Positions 1 to 9,112 of a stretch of DNA of 64,000 nucleotides are shown here, piece by piece. This stretch comes from Candidatus Peribacteria bacterium (GTDB taxonomy: Bacteria > Patescibacteriota > Gracilibacteria > Peribacterales > Peribacteraceae). The notes under the pieces were generated by a model. That model worked only from the letters and a program-made list of their open reading frames with translations, had not been told where the DNA came from and did not search any database. Location of the stretch: the NCBI GenBank assembly GCA_023245775.1, contig JAHFJR010000002.1, forward strand, positions 1,902-65,901, read 5' to 3'. Position 1 is the stretch's first letter; every line of letters begins with the position of its first letter. The position numbers and the translations under genes are program-made.

Positions 1-79
1 TGGTGCCGCTGGGGGTCTGGCGGAGGGTGATGGGCTGGGTCTGGTAGCCGATGATGTCGACCTTATTGAGAGAGAACAT
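1..79 (-). CDS. ssb: Single-stranded DNA-binding protein, 5' fragment (runs off the window start)
   Basis: Minus strand from ATG at 79 reads MFSLNKVDIIGYQTQPITLRQTPSGT, matching the SSB N-terminus (SLNKV-IIG...LR-TPSG). Not in the ORF track. Confidence 0.75.
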   Translation of the reverse strand, partial: MFSLNKVDIIGYQTQPITLRQTPSGT

Positions 80-306
80 CTCTGAGGGGGGAATGGAAGT
101 AGAGGAGGCCGCGGGGCCGAGTCCGGAAAGTCCGAACGTGAACGAACGTACACCTTCTCTTTTCTCCCTGCAAGAGAAACAGATTGAAGAAAATATTTTT
201 TGTTTTCCACTCCTACTTTTTTTGCGGTCTGTCGAGGCAGAGAAGATCGCTTCGCAGTACACTTTCACGTAACTCCGCGCTCAGAATTTTTTTCGCGCAG
301 CGATTC

Positions 307-3300
307 ATGATCAAGCGTCTCCTTCTCCTTCCTCTGGCCCTCGCCTCTCTCACCGTTGCCGTGACTGCGAGTGCAGACAATTTTCGTCCGAAGATGAGCC
401 GCCCCGAGAGCTATAAGGACATACTCTATGGGGTGGATGAGGTGCACAGAAACCTTGATTCGGTGCAGTGCGGCGGGTGGGTGGCGGGAGAACAGCAGGT
501 GGATGGAACGAGTGTGACGGGGGATGTGCCGCGGCCAAACAACGGAGACATCATCGATCTCCCAGGCCACCAGAACCCCGATCCTCTTGGCAATGCGAAG
601 ACCGGAGTTGGGGTCCGTGGAGAGTTCGCATTCCCCGACAGTGCGCGTGGGTACGATTCCGCATGTGATATCCATGAAGACCAGATCCAGGATCCAGACC
701 TCCAGAGACTCGGGATCGACCTGCAAATTCATGAAGACGGGAGTGTGGAAGCCGTTGCCGGCGACGGTCACATCGACATCAATCCCTTCCACTGGTGCCT
801 TCTCGATGATCGAGCCGACAAGGCGACGCCCATGTACTGCAAGAGACTCTTCGAAGCATGGAAGCAGATGTCAGAACTTGGAGATTTCTGTCGCGACATG
901 GAAGTGTGTCCCGGCCCCGTCTGCGAAGATCAAGAGATCTGTGATGATGAAGGATGTCACACCGAGAGTGTCTGCACGGACCAACCGTGTCGCACCGAGA
1001 ATATCTGTACCTCCATTCATCCTCCTATTCAGAGTACGTGTGACTGCGAAGCATTCGCTCCAGAGGAACGTGATTACTGTCCACCTCGTCCCGAGAAGAG
1101 GTACTGCTTCGATCCACAGTACACCTTCGTCTGCGAAGGGAGCAGTGCGGTGCAGGAGCCGGTGCACAGCATCCTCCAGCAGGATGAGTCCAATGATGTA
1201 ATTTCCACGACCGATCTGCCACCGCAACCACTCACGTGTCGCACGCCGTGGAAACCGAAGATCGATAACAAGATGACCGAGTGCCACTTCAATAAGATTT
1301 GCGAACCGGATATCTGTCACGATGAAACAATCTGTGGAGACGAGTGTCATACCGAGGAGAAATGTGAAGACGTGTGCCATGAGGAAGAGAAATGTGAAAA
1401 CGAGTGTCATACCGAGGAGAAATGTGAAGACGTGTGCCATGAGGAAGAAATCTGCGATGAGGATGGATGTCGTACCGAAGAAATCTGTGAACCTGAATGC
1501 CATGATGAAGAAATCTGTGAGGATGGATGTCGTACCGAAGAAATCTGTGAACCTGAATGTCATGATGAAGAAATTTGTGAGGAGGCGTGCCACGATGAGC
1601 AGTTCTGTACTCCTGGTCCCTGCTTCTACCAGGAAGTGACTGATGAAGAAGGAAGGCATGATGCGATCACTGCTTCGTACTACCGTCACTACGCGGGGGA
1701 TTTTTCGGACCTCGGTGTCTCTGTGAGGGCAGAGAGCGGGACAGGGACAGTGAAAACATGGAATCTCCGTGCCGAATGTTATGAGTATTACAAAGGTTCA
1801 GTGACGGATGAGGACACTGGTAACGGGAGCGGAGATTTCGATCCGAAGGACACGATCACGGGGGGGATGGATGACGCGCAGAATCACGAGCAGTGTGAGA
1901 TCGTCCTCGATGGTGCAGACCAAGAGCACCCCGAGAATCTCCAGTGGCCGGATGGCGATGGGCACGCACAGAAGGAGAATGTTCCAGCACACACCCAAAC
2001 GGGATCCGTGCGTGACGAACGGGTCGCACCCGATCCGTGGGTGACCGATAGCAGCACGAATCTCGCACTAACAGGGACCAAGAAAGACCGACATACGAGA
2101 TTCTATGATACGGACCTTGCGGGACTCTTTGGGTCCATCATTCCCGTCAAGCAGCGCGCGAGCGAGACGGTTGCCGATCACGCGCGAACAGATACCTTCG
2201 ACGATACCGATCACCGTGGGCTTGCGGGATACTGGGAAGCGCAGCAGAAGATCCTTCTGCAGATGGTTCGCGACCCCACTGTGCGCCTGATCATGCCTGC
2301 GCGGTTCCTCACCGGACTCGATGATAAGAACCCGCTCTACCAGTACGTACGCGGCATCGTTTCCAGATCTGATGGTATCGTGGAGCTCACGCTGCGCGGA
2401 GGTCCCGACGACCTCGGGAATGCGCTCGCCGCACTGCGCAGTAGCTACGTCTTACCGATCACCGAAGTGCCTATTCCGATTCTCCTTCCGCTCGTCTCCA
2501 TCGAGGATCTCGATCGATTGATCTTCCAGTGGCAGCAGTGGCAGGCTCAGGAAGAGAAGCAGGGCTCTGAGTTCGCTTCGCAGGCCGACCCACTCATCGA
2601 GAAGCTCCGTCACTACAAGGACATCATTCTCTCGGAGCGGAAGTTGCGTGGTGCTCTCAATAAGGAGGTGACGACACTCTTCGAGCCGATCCGCGTGTTC
2701 GATGAATTCATGGCGAAGTGGTACAAGGACAACACGGAGAAGATCAAGGAAGCTGCCGTACAGTCGAATCAGCGGAAACAGCTGAAGCGTATCTGGCGCC
2801 ATCTCCAGAACTCGATGCTGCAGGCGGACACATGCCAGTTGCAGTGGTGCTCGAATATGCGGTACTCGGTTCCGATCTACTCGCTCCTCGATGGCTGGTG
2901 GCAAGAGGAGGAGGCTGCTGCTGGGGACGCAAGGAATCTGGATTACGTTCCGCCAGACGATCTTCGCACTATCGAGTTCACGCCTCCGAAAGATCAACTG
3001 TACGATTTCTCATTCCTCGATCTTCCGAGAGGGCAGTTCAGGATCCCCGTCCTCTCTCCCACACAGGTGAAAGTGAACCTTCCTCTGCCACCCCAGTCGC
3101 GTTCTCCGGTCCAAAATCCTGAGGATTTCCCCGATCTCCCCTCCCTCCCCGATGCGTCGGTCTTCGATGGCTTCCCCGTGCCTGAGGTGCACCTTCCAGA
3201 GGAGAGAGTGCTCGAGGTAGAGGTAGAGGCGTCAGATCTCGGGCCCGTCAAGGAGGTGCTTCGTGCGTTCCGCCAAATCATCGACGGCACATCGATCGAT

Positions 3301-3864
3301 GATCAGATTGCGCAGGAGGAGAGCGAAGACAGCAACGGAGGGATCCTCGAAGACGAAGGTCCGTACGAACCTCCGTACGATCGCACCAGCATGCGCGGTG
3401 CGTACTGCCGCTTCGTACGCAGCATCTTGATTTCGCCCGATGCCAACGAAGAGAACCCCGGTGATGATCAGCATGGGGACCCCGAGAAGATCGTGCACGT
3501 CGAAGGGGACCTCAAGGAGCGTGTCGCACGCCTCTTCTCTCGGTGGATGCCGATCCTCCCAGAGGACCGGGCTGGCAGAACGGCCCGTCTGAACGAAGAA
3601 TTTCCAGATCCAGATGTCCCGCCCACCTGCAAGGAGGATGTGATCTGCGCCTTCCTCCTCGGCGAACGAACCACGATGGTACCGTGGAAACTCTTCTTCC
3701 CTGATCAGACCACGGACTTCACCGCCCTCCGCGAGAACATGAAGTCACAGACACTTCCTCAGACGGACGATGAGAATCCGTATCTCCATGCCCCCGTGTC
3801 TCTGCTCAAGCGCCTCTTCCCATCTATCGATCTCCCGATCACGATCGATCTCACGGTCCAATGA
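307..3864 (+). CDS. Large secreted Cys-rich acidic protein with 10-aa Cys repeats, function unknown
   Basis: ORF 184..3864. ATG at 307 is preferred because it opens a signal peptide (MIKRLLLLPLALASLTVAVTASA). Contains CHxEExCExx repeats. Confidence 0.8.
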   Translation: MIKRLLLLPLALASLTVAVTASADNFRPKMSRPESYKDILYGVDEVHRNLDSVQCGGWVAGEQQVDGTSVTGDVPRPNNGDIIDLPGHQNPDPLGNAKTGVGVRGEFAFPDSARGYDSACDIHEDQIQDPDLQRLGIDLQIHEDGSVEAVAGDGHIDINPFHWCLLDDRADKATPMYCKRLFEAWKQMSELGDFCRDMEVCPGPVCEDQEICDDEGCHTESVCTDQPCRTENICTSIHPPIQSTCDCEAFAPEERDYCPPRPEKRYCFDPQYTFVCEGSSAVQEPVHSILQQDESNDVISTTDLPPQPLTCRTPWKPKIDNKMTECHFNKICEPDICHDETICGDECHTEEKCEDVCHEEEKCENECHTEEKCEDVCHEEEICDEDGCRTEEICEPECHDEEICEDGCRTEEICEPECHDEEICEEACHDEQFCTPGPCFYQEVTDEEGRHDAITASYYRHYAGDFSDLGVSVRAESGTGTVKTWNLRAECYEYYKGSVTDEDTGNGSGDFDPKDTITGGMDDAQNHEQCEIVLDGADQEHPENLQWPDGDGHAQKENVPAHTQTGSVRDERVAPDPWVTDSSTNLALTGTKKDRHTRFYDTDLAGLFGSIIPVKQRASETVADHARTDTFDDTDHRGLAGYWEAQQKILLQMVRDPTVRLIMPARFLTGLDDKNPLYQYVRGIVSRSDGIVELTLRGGPDDLGNALAALRSSYVLPITEVPIPILLPLVSIEDLDRLIFQWQQWQAQEEKQGSEFASQADPLIEKLRHYKDIILSERKLRGALNKEVTTLFEPIRVFDEFMAKWYKDNTEKIKEAAVQSNQRKQLKRIWRHLQNSMLQADTCQLQWCSNMRYSVPIYSLLDGWWQEEEAAAGDARNLDYVPPDDLRTIEFTPPKDQLYDFSFLDLPRGQFRIPVLSPTQVKVNLPLPPQSRSPVQNPEDFPDLPSLPDASVFDGFPVPEVHLPEERVLEVEVEASDLGPVKEVLRAFRQIIDGTSIDDQIAQEESEDSNGGILEDEGPYEPPYDRTSMRGAYCRFVRSILISPDANEENPGDDQHGDPEKIVHVEGDLKERVARLFSRWMPILPEDRAGRTARLNEEFPDPDVPPTCKEDVICAFLLGERTTMVPWKLFFPDQTTDFTALRENMKSQTLPQTDDENPYLHAPVSLLKRLFPSIDLPITIDLTVQ
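1306..1608 (+). repeat. Coding tandem repeat, 30-nt unit, with near-exact 60-nt duplications
   Basis: 60-nt blocks repeat at about 1340/1400 and about 1459/1519; they encode CHTEEKCEDVCHEEEKC... and CRTEEICEPECHDEEIC... Confidence 0.85.
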
Positions 3865-4604
3865 AACTCTCTCGTCTCTCCATCGGCCTCCTCGCGAGCC
3901 TAGGCATCGTGATTACCTTCTTCACATCGAATGCGCGAGTCTCTAGCCAGACTTCGGCCTCGCCAGAACTCTGTCGAGCTCGGTTCATCGAGGAATTGGG
4001 AAAAGTACACGATACGTATCGTGCACACGTCTTCGGCGCGAGAGAAGGTGGAGACGACGGACTGGGTGTGTTGCTCTCCGGAGGTTCTGTATCAGGGGAT
4101 GCCATCGGCAAGGGCATCTTCGAGACGAAGGGTCGACTGAGCTCGGAACTCATCGAACCGATCGTCGAGAGCTATCGCGTCCTTCGTTGCCGGAGTATCG
4201 CGATCTGTAATGCGATGAAAGCGTCGAACAAGCAGGACGGTGAGACTCCGTTGACCATCGATACGCTCGGGTGTGCAGCGGAGACGATCGACAGATACGC
4301 AGAGTGCAGGAAGACGAAGGAGGACCTCACGATGGACATTCCACATCTCGTGCTCGAGTGTGGGCGCACCGTCGCTCGTTCGCTTGCAGCTGAGCGTGCG
4401 ACTCTTCGTCTCGCACTCTCCTACGACAGTGGGTACCGCGCTTCACTGCAGCTTGGGGGCATGATCGATTGGATGCAGGAGGATGCGCCAACAGCGGTGC
4501 TCGCTCCCCTGCAATCGATGGTCAACATGCTCGGGAAACTCCATGAGATCCCCTGTTTCATTGGTCAGTGTGATGACCCACGTCCTTCCACAATATCAGA
4601 ATGA
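3861..4604 (+). CDS. Hypothetical secreted protein with paired cysteines
   Basis: 247-aa ORF with N-terminal signal/TM segment; ATGA overlap with the upstream gene. Confidence 0.75.
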   Translation: MKLSRLSIGLLASLGIVITFFTSNARVSSQTSASPELCRARFIEELGKVHDTYRAHVFGAREGGDDGLGVLLSGGSVSGDAIGKGIFETKGRLSSELIEPIVESYRVLRCRSIAICNAMKASNKQDGETPLTIDTLGCAAETIDRYAECRKTKEDLTMDIPHLVLECGRTVARSLAAERATLRLALSYDSGYRASLQLGGMIDWMQEDAPTAVLAPLQSMVNMLGKLHEIPCFIGQCDDPRPSTISE

Positions 4605-5470
4605 CACCGAAGCATCTTCCCACGGGCGCTACACGGCATCTCTGGTCCGTGTGGCAGCGGCATCAAGGACTGATCGTCGTGCTCACAGGTCTCAGTATTC
4701 TTGCTGGGTCTTCGCACTATTTTCTCTCAGCAGCTCTCCTTGATGGCTCTCCTGACGCAGGCTCGGGTTCGATGAGTAGCAGCGAAGAACTGCGCATCTG
4801 TGCATCACAAGGCACGATGTTCGATGGGATCACGAACCTCTCGACGGTTCTGGAGACGTTTCGACAGCGTGTGAGTGCGATCGTAGAGGAGCGTGAGGGG
4901 TACCTGCGTAACAGTGCACGGTGGACCTGCCTCCCTCTTGATGGACAGCAGGGAGCCAATGACGCACCGGCGCCGGCGATCCTCCGTGCGCTCGCTGATG
5001 AACTCCCCGGCTGGAGTGTGCGGACTCCCGATGGCAGTACGATGCCTCGCCCCGTCACGTTCGCGTCCTTCGCATCGATCCTGAGTGAATTCGAACGTGA
5101 GTACGAATGCAAATTATCCGAATTCAAAGAGGATGCCTTCCTCATTGTCTATGCCGATCAAGACCAAGCGACTCCCACGGGGATCAAGGCGATTCAGGCC
5201 GACTTCATCGCTCGAGCACCGGCGTTTCGGAGCTTGCAGGACATCGAACGACAACGTGCACGCATCGCCGTCGAACGGACGATCCAGGACGTGCGTTCCT
5301 ACGAGCTCAGTTACACCTATGCCAAGCAGCTCGTGTGTTTCCAGCGTGCGTCGCTCGACCTCAAGAATGAACTGAGTCTTCTGGCCGATACCGTCAGTTG
5401 CATGCCGAAGGTGTGGGATGCGCTCACGTCGCTCCATGACCCTCTCTCCTCCTCCAGCTCGTCCGAATGA
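4601..5470 (+). CDS. Hypothetical membrane-anchored protein
   Basis: 289-aa ORF with N-terminal hydrophobic segment; ATGA overlaps at both ends. Confidence 0.75.
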   Translation: MTPKHLPTGATRHLWSVWQRHQGLIVVLTGLSILAGSSHYFLSAALLDGSPDAGSGSMSSSEELRICASQGTMFDGITNLSTVLETFRQRVSAIVEEREGYLRNSARWTCLPLDGQQGANDAPAPAILRALADELPGWSVRTPDGSTMPRPVTFASFASILSEFEREYECKLSEFKEDAFLIVYADQDQATPTGIKAIQADFIARAPAFRSLQDIERQRARIAVERTIQDVRSYELSYTYAKQLVCFQRASLDLKNELSLLADTVSCMPKVWDALTSLHDPLSSSSSSE

Positions 5471-7305
5471 GACGACTCTCCCTCCGTACATCGGGCATGC
5501 TCCTCCTGCTCTCACCGCAGGTTGTCTTCGCTGCATCGACGTTCGATCTCTTCTGGGATGAGTCGAAATTCTCTCGTCCATCGGTGATACCCACACACCA
5601 GGTGATGCAGTTTGTGATCAATGAGATGCGACACTGGGAAGGCAGAGGGATCGTCATCGGTGAGGATGATATCAAAGCGGCGATGCAGATGGACCTTGGT
5701 ACGCTCTGCTTGAACAAAGTCGATGTGTCCGATCAGCCGCTGACGCATCTGCAGGAGATGGGGACTGAGGACACGGGATGCCTTGCCCTGCGCAAGGCGA
5801 TCCTCTCACTCCTCTTTAGTGAAAAAGAGGCCATGGAACTTGGAAATGATCTCCTGTCTGCTGCGAACGGTTCCGAACTCTCGATTGCCGACGAACCTCA
5901 CCGACTCCTGCGAGTCGGAGCACTCAGTCTGATCCTGAAGGAGATCTGGTCCGGCAAGGCTCTCGGGCTGATCCCGTGGGATACAGGCCCCGATCTCCAG
6001 AGGAAGGTGGATGATCTCGATGACAGCCTTCTCGCACTCACGAGCGAGGAACTTGACGCCGTGATTCTCCGTTTCCATTACGGCTACTTCCGTGATCAGA
6101 GAGAGCAGGATCCACGCTTTTCAATGGTCGGACTTCCCGTAGTCGATGCGCTGCAGCATCTCGCTGATGAGCTCGGTATCACTGGGGATCCGAAGGCGAT
6201 CGGCGAATTTACAACTCCGGGCCCTGGTGCTGGAATGAGGACTCCGAATGTCGCTCTCTGGGCGCGCAAGGATGACATCGGATTGGGATGGATCCACCCA
6301 CCACATTTCTCGCGTCTTCAGATCAGAGAGGCGGATCAGTATCCGGTGCTTGCCGACGAACCGGGAGCCACGACGCTCGCGTACCCATTCAACTACGGTG
6401 GATCGACCCCTTCGTCTCCTCCCGTGAAGTCACCGCTCTGTAGTCGTACCGTTGCACGATATGGGTATCTCTGCCGACGTGTTCCAGTGTCTCATTCAGA
6501 GTGCCAGAATGATGAAGAAGGCAAAATTTCCCTCGTCGAATGCACCGATGAAGAGGAGGTGACCGAGACGAAGCAAGGCCCCAGCATCTGTCTGGGGCTC
6601 GACAACCTGTACATCGATGACGGCACTCCTCTCGTCGAAGACGAGAATCCTGGGCAACTCCATCCAGACTTGACGCCTGCCGACACTGCACATCTCTGTT
6701 CGCCAGAGACGAAGATTCTGTATCAGGACGACATCAGCGCGCATGCGTGTTACATCGGGCTCTGTCTCCTCCAGTCGATGAGCGGCCACACGTTGATCCC
6801 GAATCGCAATCCTGTCCTCACGAATGAGACGACGTCTCCGTACGCCTCGTGTGTTCGTGCCGATCCACAGTTGGGTCTGTACAGTGAGGCTGCGCACGAT
6901 TCCCCCTATCCTCTCCCCGACTACATCGGGCATCAGCTCGTGCAGGAGTTCGATCGCGAGTACTGCCAGAAGACGGGAGACGCTCCGCGTCCGGTGCTCG
7001 GAGACTGTGCCTTCTTCAGTAACCAAGTCACCGCTCAGCCGAGCTACTTGCAGCACACGGTCACGAATACCCTGGTGAACGAGGCCGCATCTGTAGCGAG
7101 GAATCAGGAGAATTTCCTCTCACTCGCCACCGCCATCGGGCAGCGTGTCTCCATCGATCAGACGGTCGTTCTCGAGAGAAAACTCTTCGCGGGTCTTGCG
7201 GCGTTCATGCAGCAGATGGCCGACCTCCTCTCGGAACTGAAGCGTGCACCGATCACAACGACCGCCTGTCCGTGGACGGGCCCTTTCCAAGTGTTCGGAT
7301 CCTAA
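5467..7305 (+). CDS. Hypothetical secreted Cys-containing protein
   Basis: 612-aa ORF with signal peptide ending VFA-A; ATGA overlap. Confidence 0.75.
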   Translation: MRRLSLRTSGMLLLLSPQVVFAASTFDLFWDESKFSRPSVIPTHQVMQFVINEMRHWEGRGIVIGEDDIKAAMQMDLGTLCLNKVDVSDQPLTHLQEMGTEDTGCLALRKAILSLLFSEKEAMELGNDLLSAANGSELSIADEPHRLLRVGALSLILKEIWSGKALGLIPWDTGPDLQRKVDDLDDSLLALTSEELDAVILRFHYGYFRDQREQDPRFSMVGLPVVDALQHLADELGITGDPKAIGEFTTPGPGAGMRTPNVALWARKDDIGLGWIHPPHFSRLQIREADQYPVLADEPGATTLAYPFNYGGSTPSSPPVKSPLCSRTVARYGYLCRRVPVSHSECQNDEEGKISLVECTDEEEVTETKQGPSICLGLDNLYIDDGTPLVEDENPGQLHPDLTPADTAHLCSPETKILYQDDISAHACYIGLCLLQSMSGHTLIPNRNPVLTNETTSPYASCVRADPQLGLYSEAAHDSPYPLPDYIGHQLVQEFDREYCQKTGDAPRPVLGDCAFFSNQVTAQPSYLQHTVTNTLVNEAASVARNQENFLSLATAIGQRVSIDQTVVLERKLFAGLAAFMQQMADLLSELKRAPITTTACPWTGPFQVFGS

Positions 7306-7307
7306 CC

Positions 7308-9098
7308 ATGCGTCGTTTCCTCCCTCTCCTCATTGGCTGTTCACTCTTTCTGCCTCAGACAGTGTCTGCGGAGGCTCTCTCTGCGTGGGTCCAGCGTGTG
7401 CTCGACCGCACAGATCAGGCGCTCTCACTCGCAGAGGGGCTCCCTGGCTCCGACCCTGTCCCTACGGTGATCGATCAGATCAAGAACAATCTCTCGGTGG
7501 TGCGAGATGCGAAGAGCGCCGTGTGGGATTTCGCATTGGAAGGGGAGTTCCTGAAGGAACGGACGATCTGTTTTCAGAGTGATCGGTTCCTCTTCCTCGA
7601 TAAGATTCATACAGTCGAGGATGCGCTGACAACTGCTATCCAAGCAGACAAGACAGCATCTGCCTCCAGACTCCTGGATATCTATACCTTCCTCCTCGAG
7701 GCGTACCGTTCCTTCCTGCGTGGGTCCATCGATCCTTCCTTTGCAGATTCTCGCTTACGGTTCACCTACAGTTTCGAGCTTCCACTCGGAGACGCCAGCG
7801 CTCCCGATCGAGAAGAAGAGACGGATTCCGATGAACCACTGTGTCCATACACGACGGATTACGGTCCACATTCCATCGCCTACATCCCGCTTGCGAACGG
7901 CGAAGGGTCCGTCGAGGGCAGCTCGCTGTTCGATGTGAAGAGTTACGGTTGTGACAGGGACAAGGTCCAGCAGATCCTCGATCACCTGCCTGACCCCATT
8001 CCTTCCGATGCGTCGGAGGAGACGAGAGCACAGATCGATGCGATCCATGCAGAGGCGTCAGATCTGATCGACTTTCTGGACACATCGAATGCACTCGCGT
8101 CGGATCTGTACACACTCGTACGTGATGCCCTCTTCAATATCGAGAGTACGATTGCCATCATCACCGGCAAACCCGCGCCGACGGCATCGGAGGATCCTGT
8201 TGCTGCCCCATCGCACGATGCGAGGGAAGGATGCCTCCGTCCACCTGCCCCTGATTCCAGTCGCGGAGACTCTGGGGATATCGAGAGTATTCTCGCCTCA
8301 TTCCCCGACTACTTTGATGCGAAGAATCTGCACATGGATCCGCTCACGCTCTCCCTCACCTTCGATCCCCCTTCAGACCTGACACTTCCGATCGGTGTGC
8401 TCTTTCGTTCCACGGACGATTTCTTTTCAGTGATGCCGAGTGCGCAGGGCTTGAGTCGTTCATTTTCGGAGCGAAAAGGGACGACAGGGTTCGACCGACC
8501 CTTCGAGCGTGCCCTCACGGATCATCCCCAAAATGACCTGATGATCAGTTGGATCTGGCGGTGGATCCAGCGAGGCGTACTCGGTTCTGTCTCGGCGGGT
8601 ATCGATCGCGAGACGAGTTTCATCGAGTCGATCAGTCGCGATGCCTACGAGCGTACGCTGGAAGCAGTGCGGCCGCTTGAGAATGCAGCACAGGCACTGA
8701 GTGATGTGACCACAGAGGAGTTGCCGAAGAAGTACATTCCATCGCTCGTGTACTTCCTTCGACGGTCATGCATCGATGGCCACTGTCGTGAGACGCTCGA
8801 CGCTGTAGGAAAACGCATCTTCAATCCCTACTGCCATCCGTACGTGTCGGGTCTGTATGCCAATAACCGCGTTGCGGAGAAGTGCTTCTGTCAGCCGAAG
8901 GATGATGACCATCAAGATGGCCTCGACCTTGCAGGATGTGATGTCAACGAGGACGATCCGAATTCTGGGAATGAGGATTGCCAATTCTTCAAGAAGTTTT
9001 GCTCGGAACACTTCAACGCCGACGATTATAGGAGTCTTGATGAGCAAGAGGGCGCACCGATTCTGTGCGGAGAGACGTCGTCTGCCTCTTCCGAATAG
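7308..9098 (+). CDS. Hypothetical secreted Cys-containing protein
   Basis: ORF 7272..9098. ATG 7308 lies 2 nt after the upstream stop and opens a signal peptide (MRRFLPLLIGCSLFLPQTVSA). Confidence 0.75.
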   Translation: MRRFLPLLIGCSLFLPQTVSAEALSAWVQRVLDRTDQALSLAEGLPGSDPVPTVIDQIKNNLSVVRDAKSAVWDFALEGEFLKERTICFQSDRFLFLDKIHTVEDALTTAIQADKTASASRLLDIYTFLLEAYRSFLRGSIDPSFADSRLRFTYSFELPLGDASAPDREEETDSDEPLCPYTTDYGPHSIAYIPLANGEGSVEGSSLFDVKSYGCDRDKVQQILDHLPDPIPSDASEETRAQIDAIHAEASDLIDFLDTSNALASDLYTLVRDALFNIESTIAIITGKPAPTASEDPVAAPSHDAREGCLRPPAPDSSRGDSGDIESILASFPDYFDAKNLHMDPLTLSLTFDPPSDLTLPIGVLFRSTDDFFSVMPSAQGLSRSFSERKGTTGFDRPFERALTDHPQNDLMISWIWRWIQRGVLGSVSAGIDRETSFIESISRDAYERTLEAVRPLENAAQALSDVTTEELPKKYIPSLVYFLRRSCIDGHCRETLDAVGKRIFNPYCHPYVSGLYANNRVAEKCFCQPKDDDHQDGLDLAGCDVNEDDPNSGNEDCQFFKKFCSEHFNADDYRSLDEQEGAPILCGETSSASSE

Positions 9099-9112
9099 GA
9101 TAAGCTGTTGCT

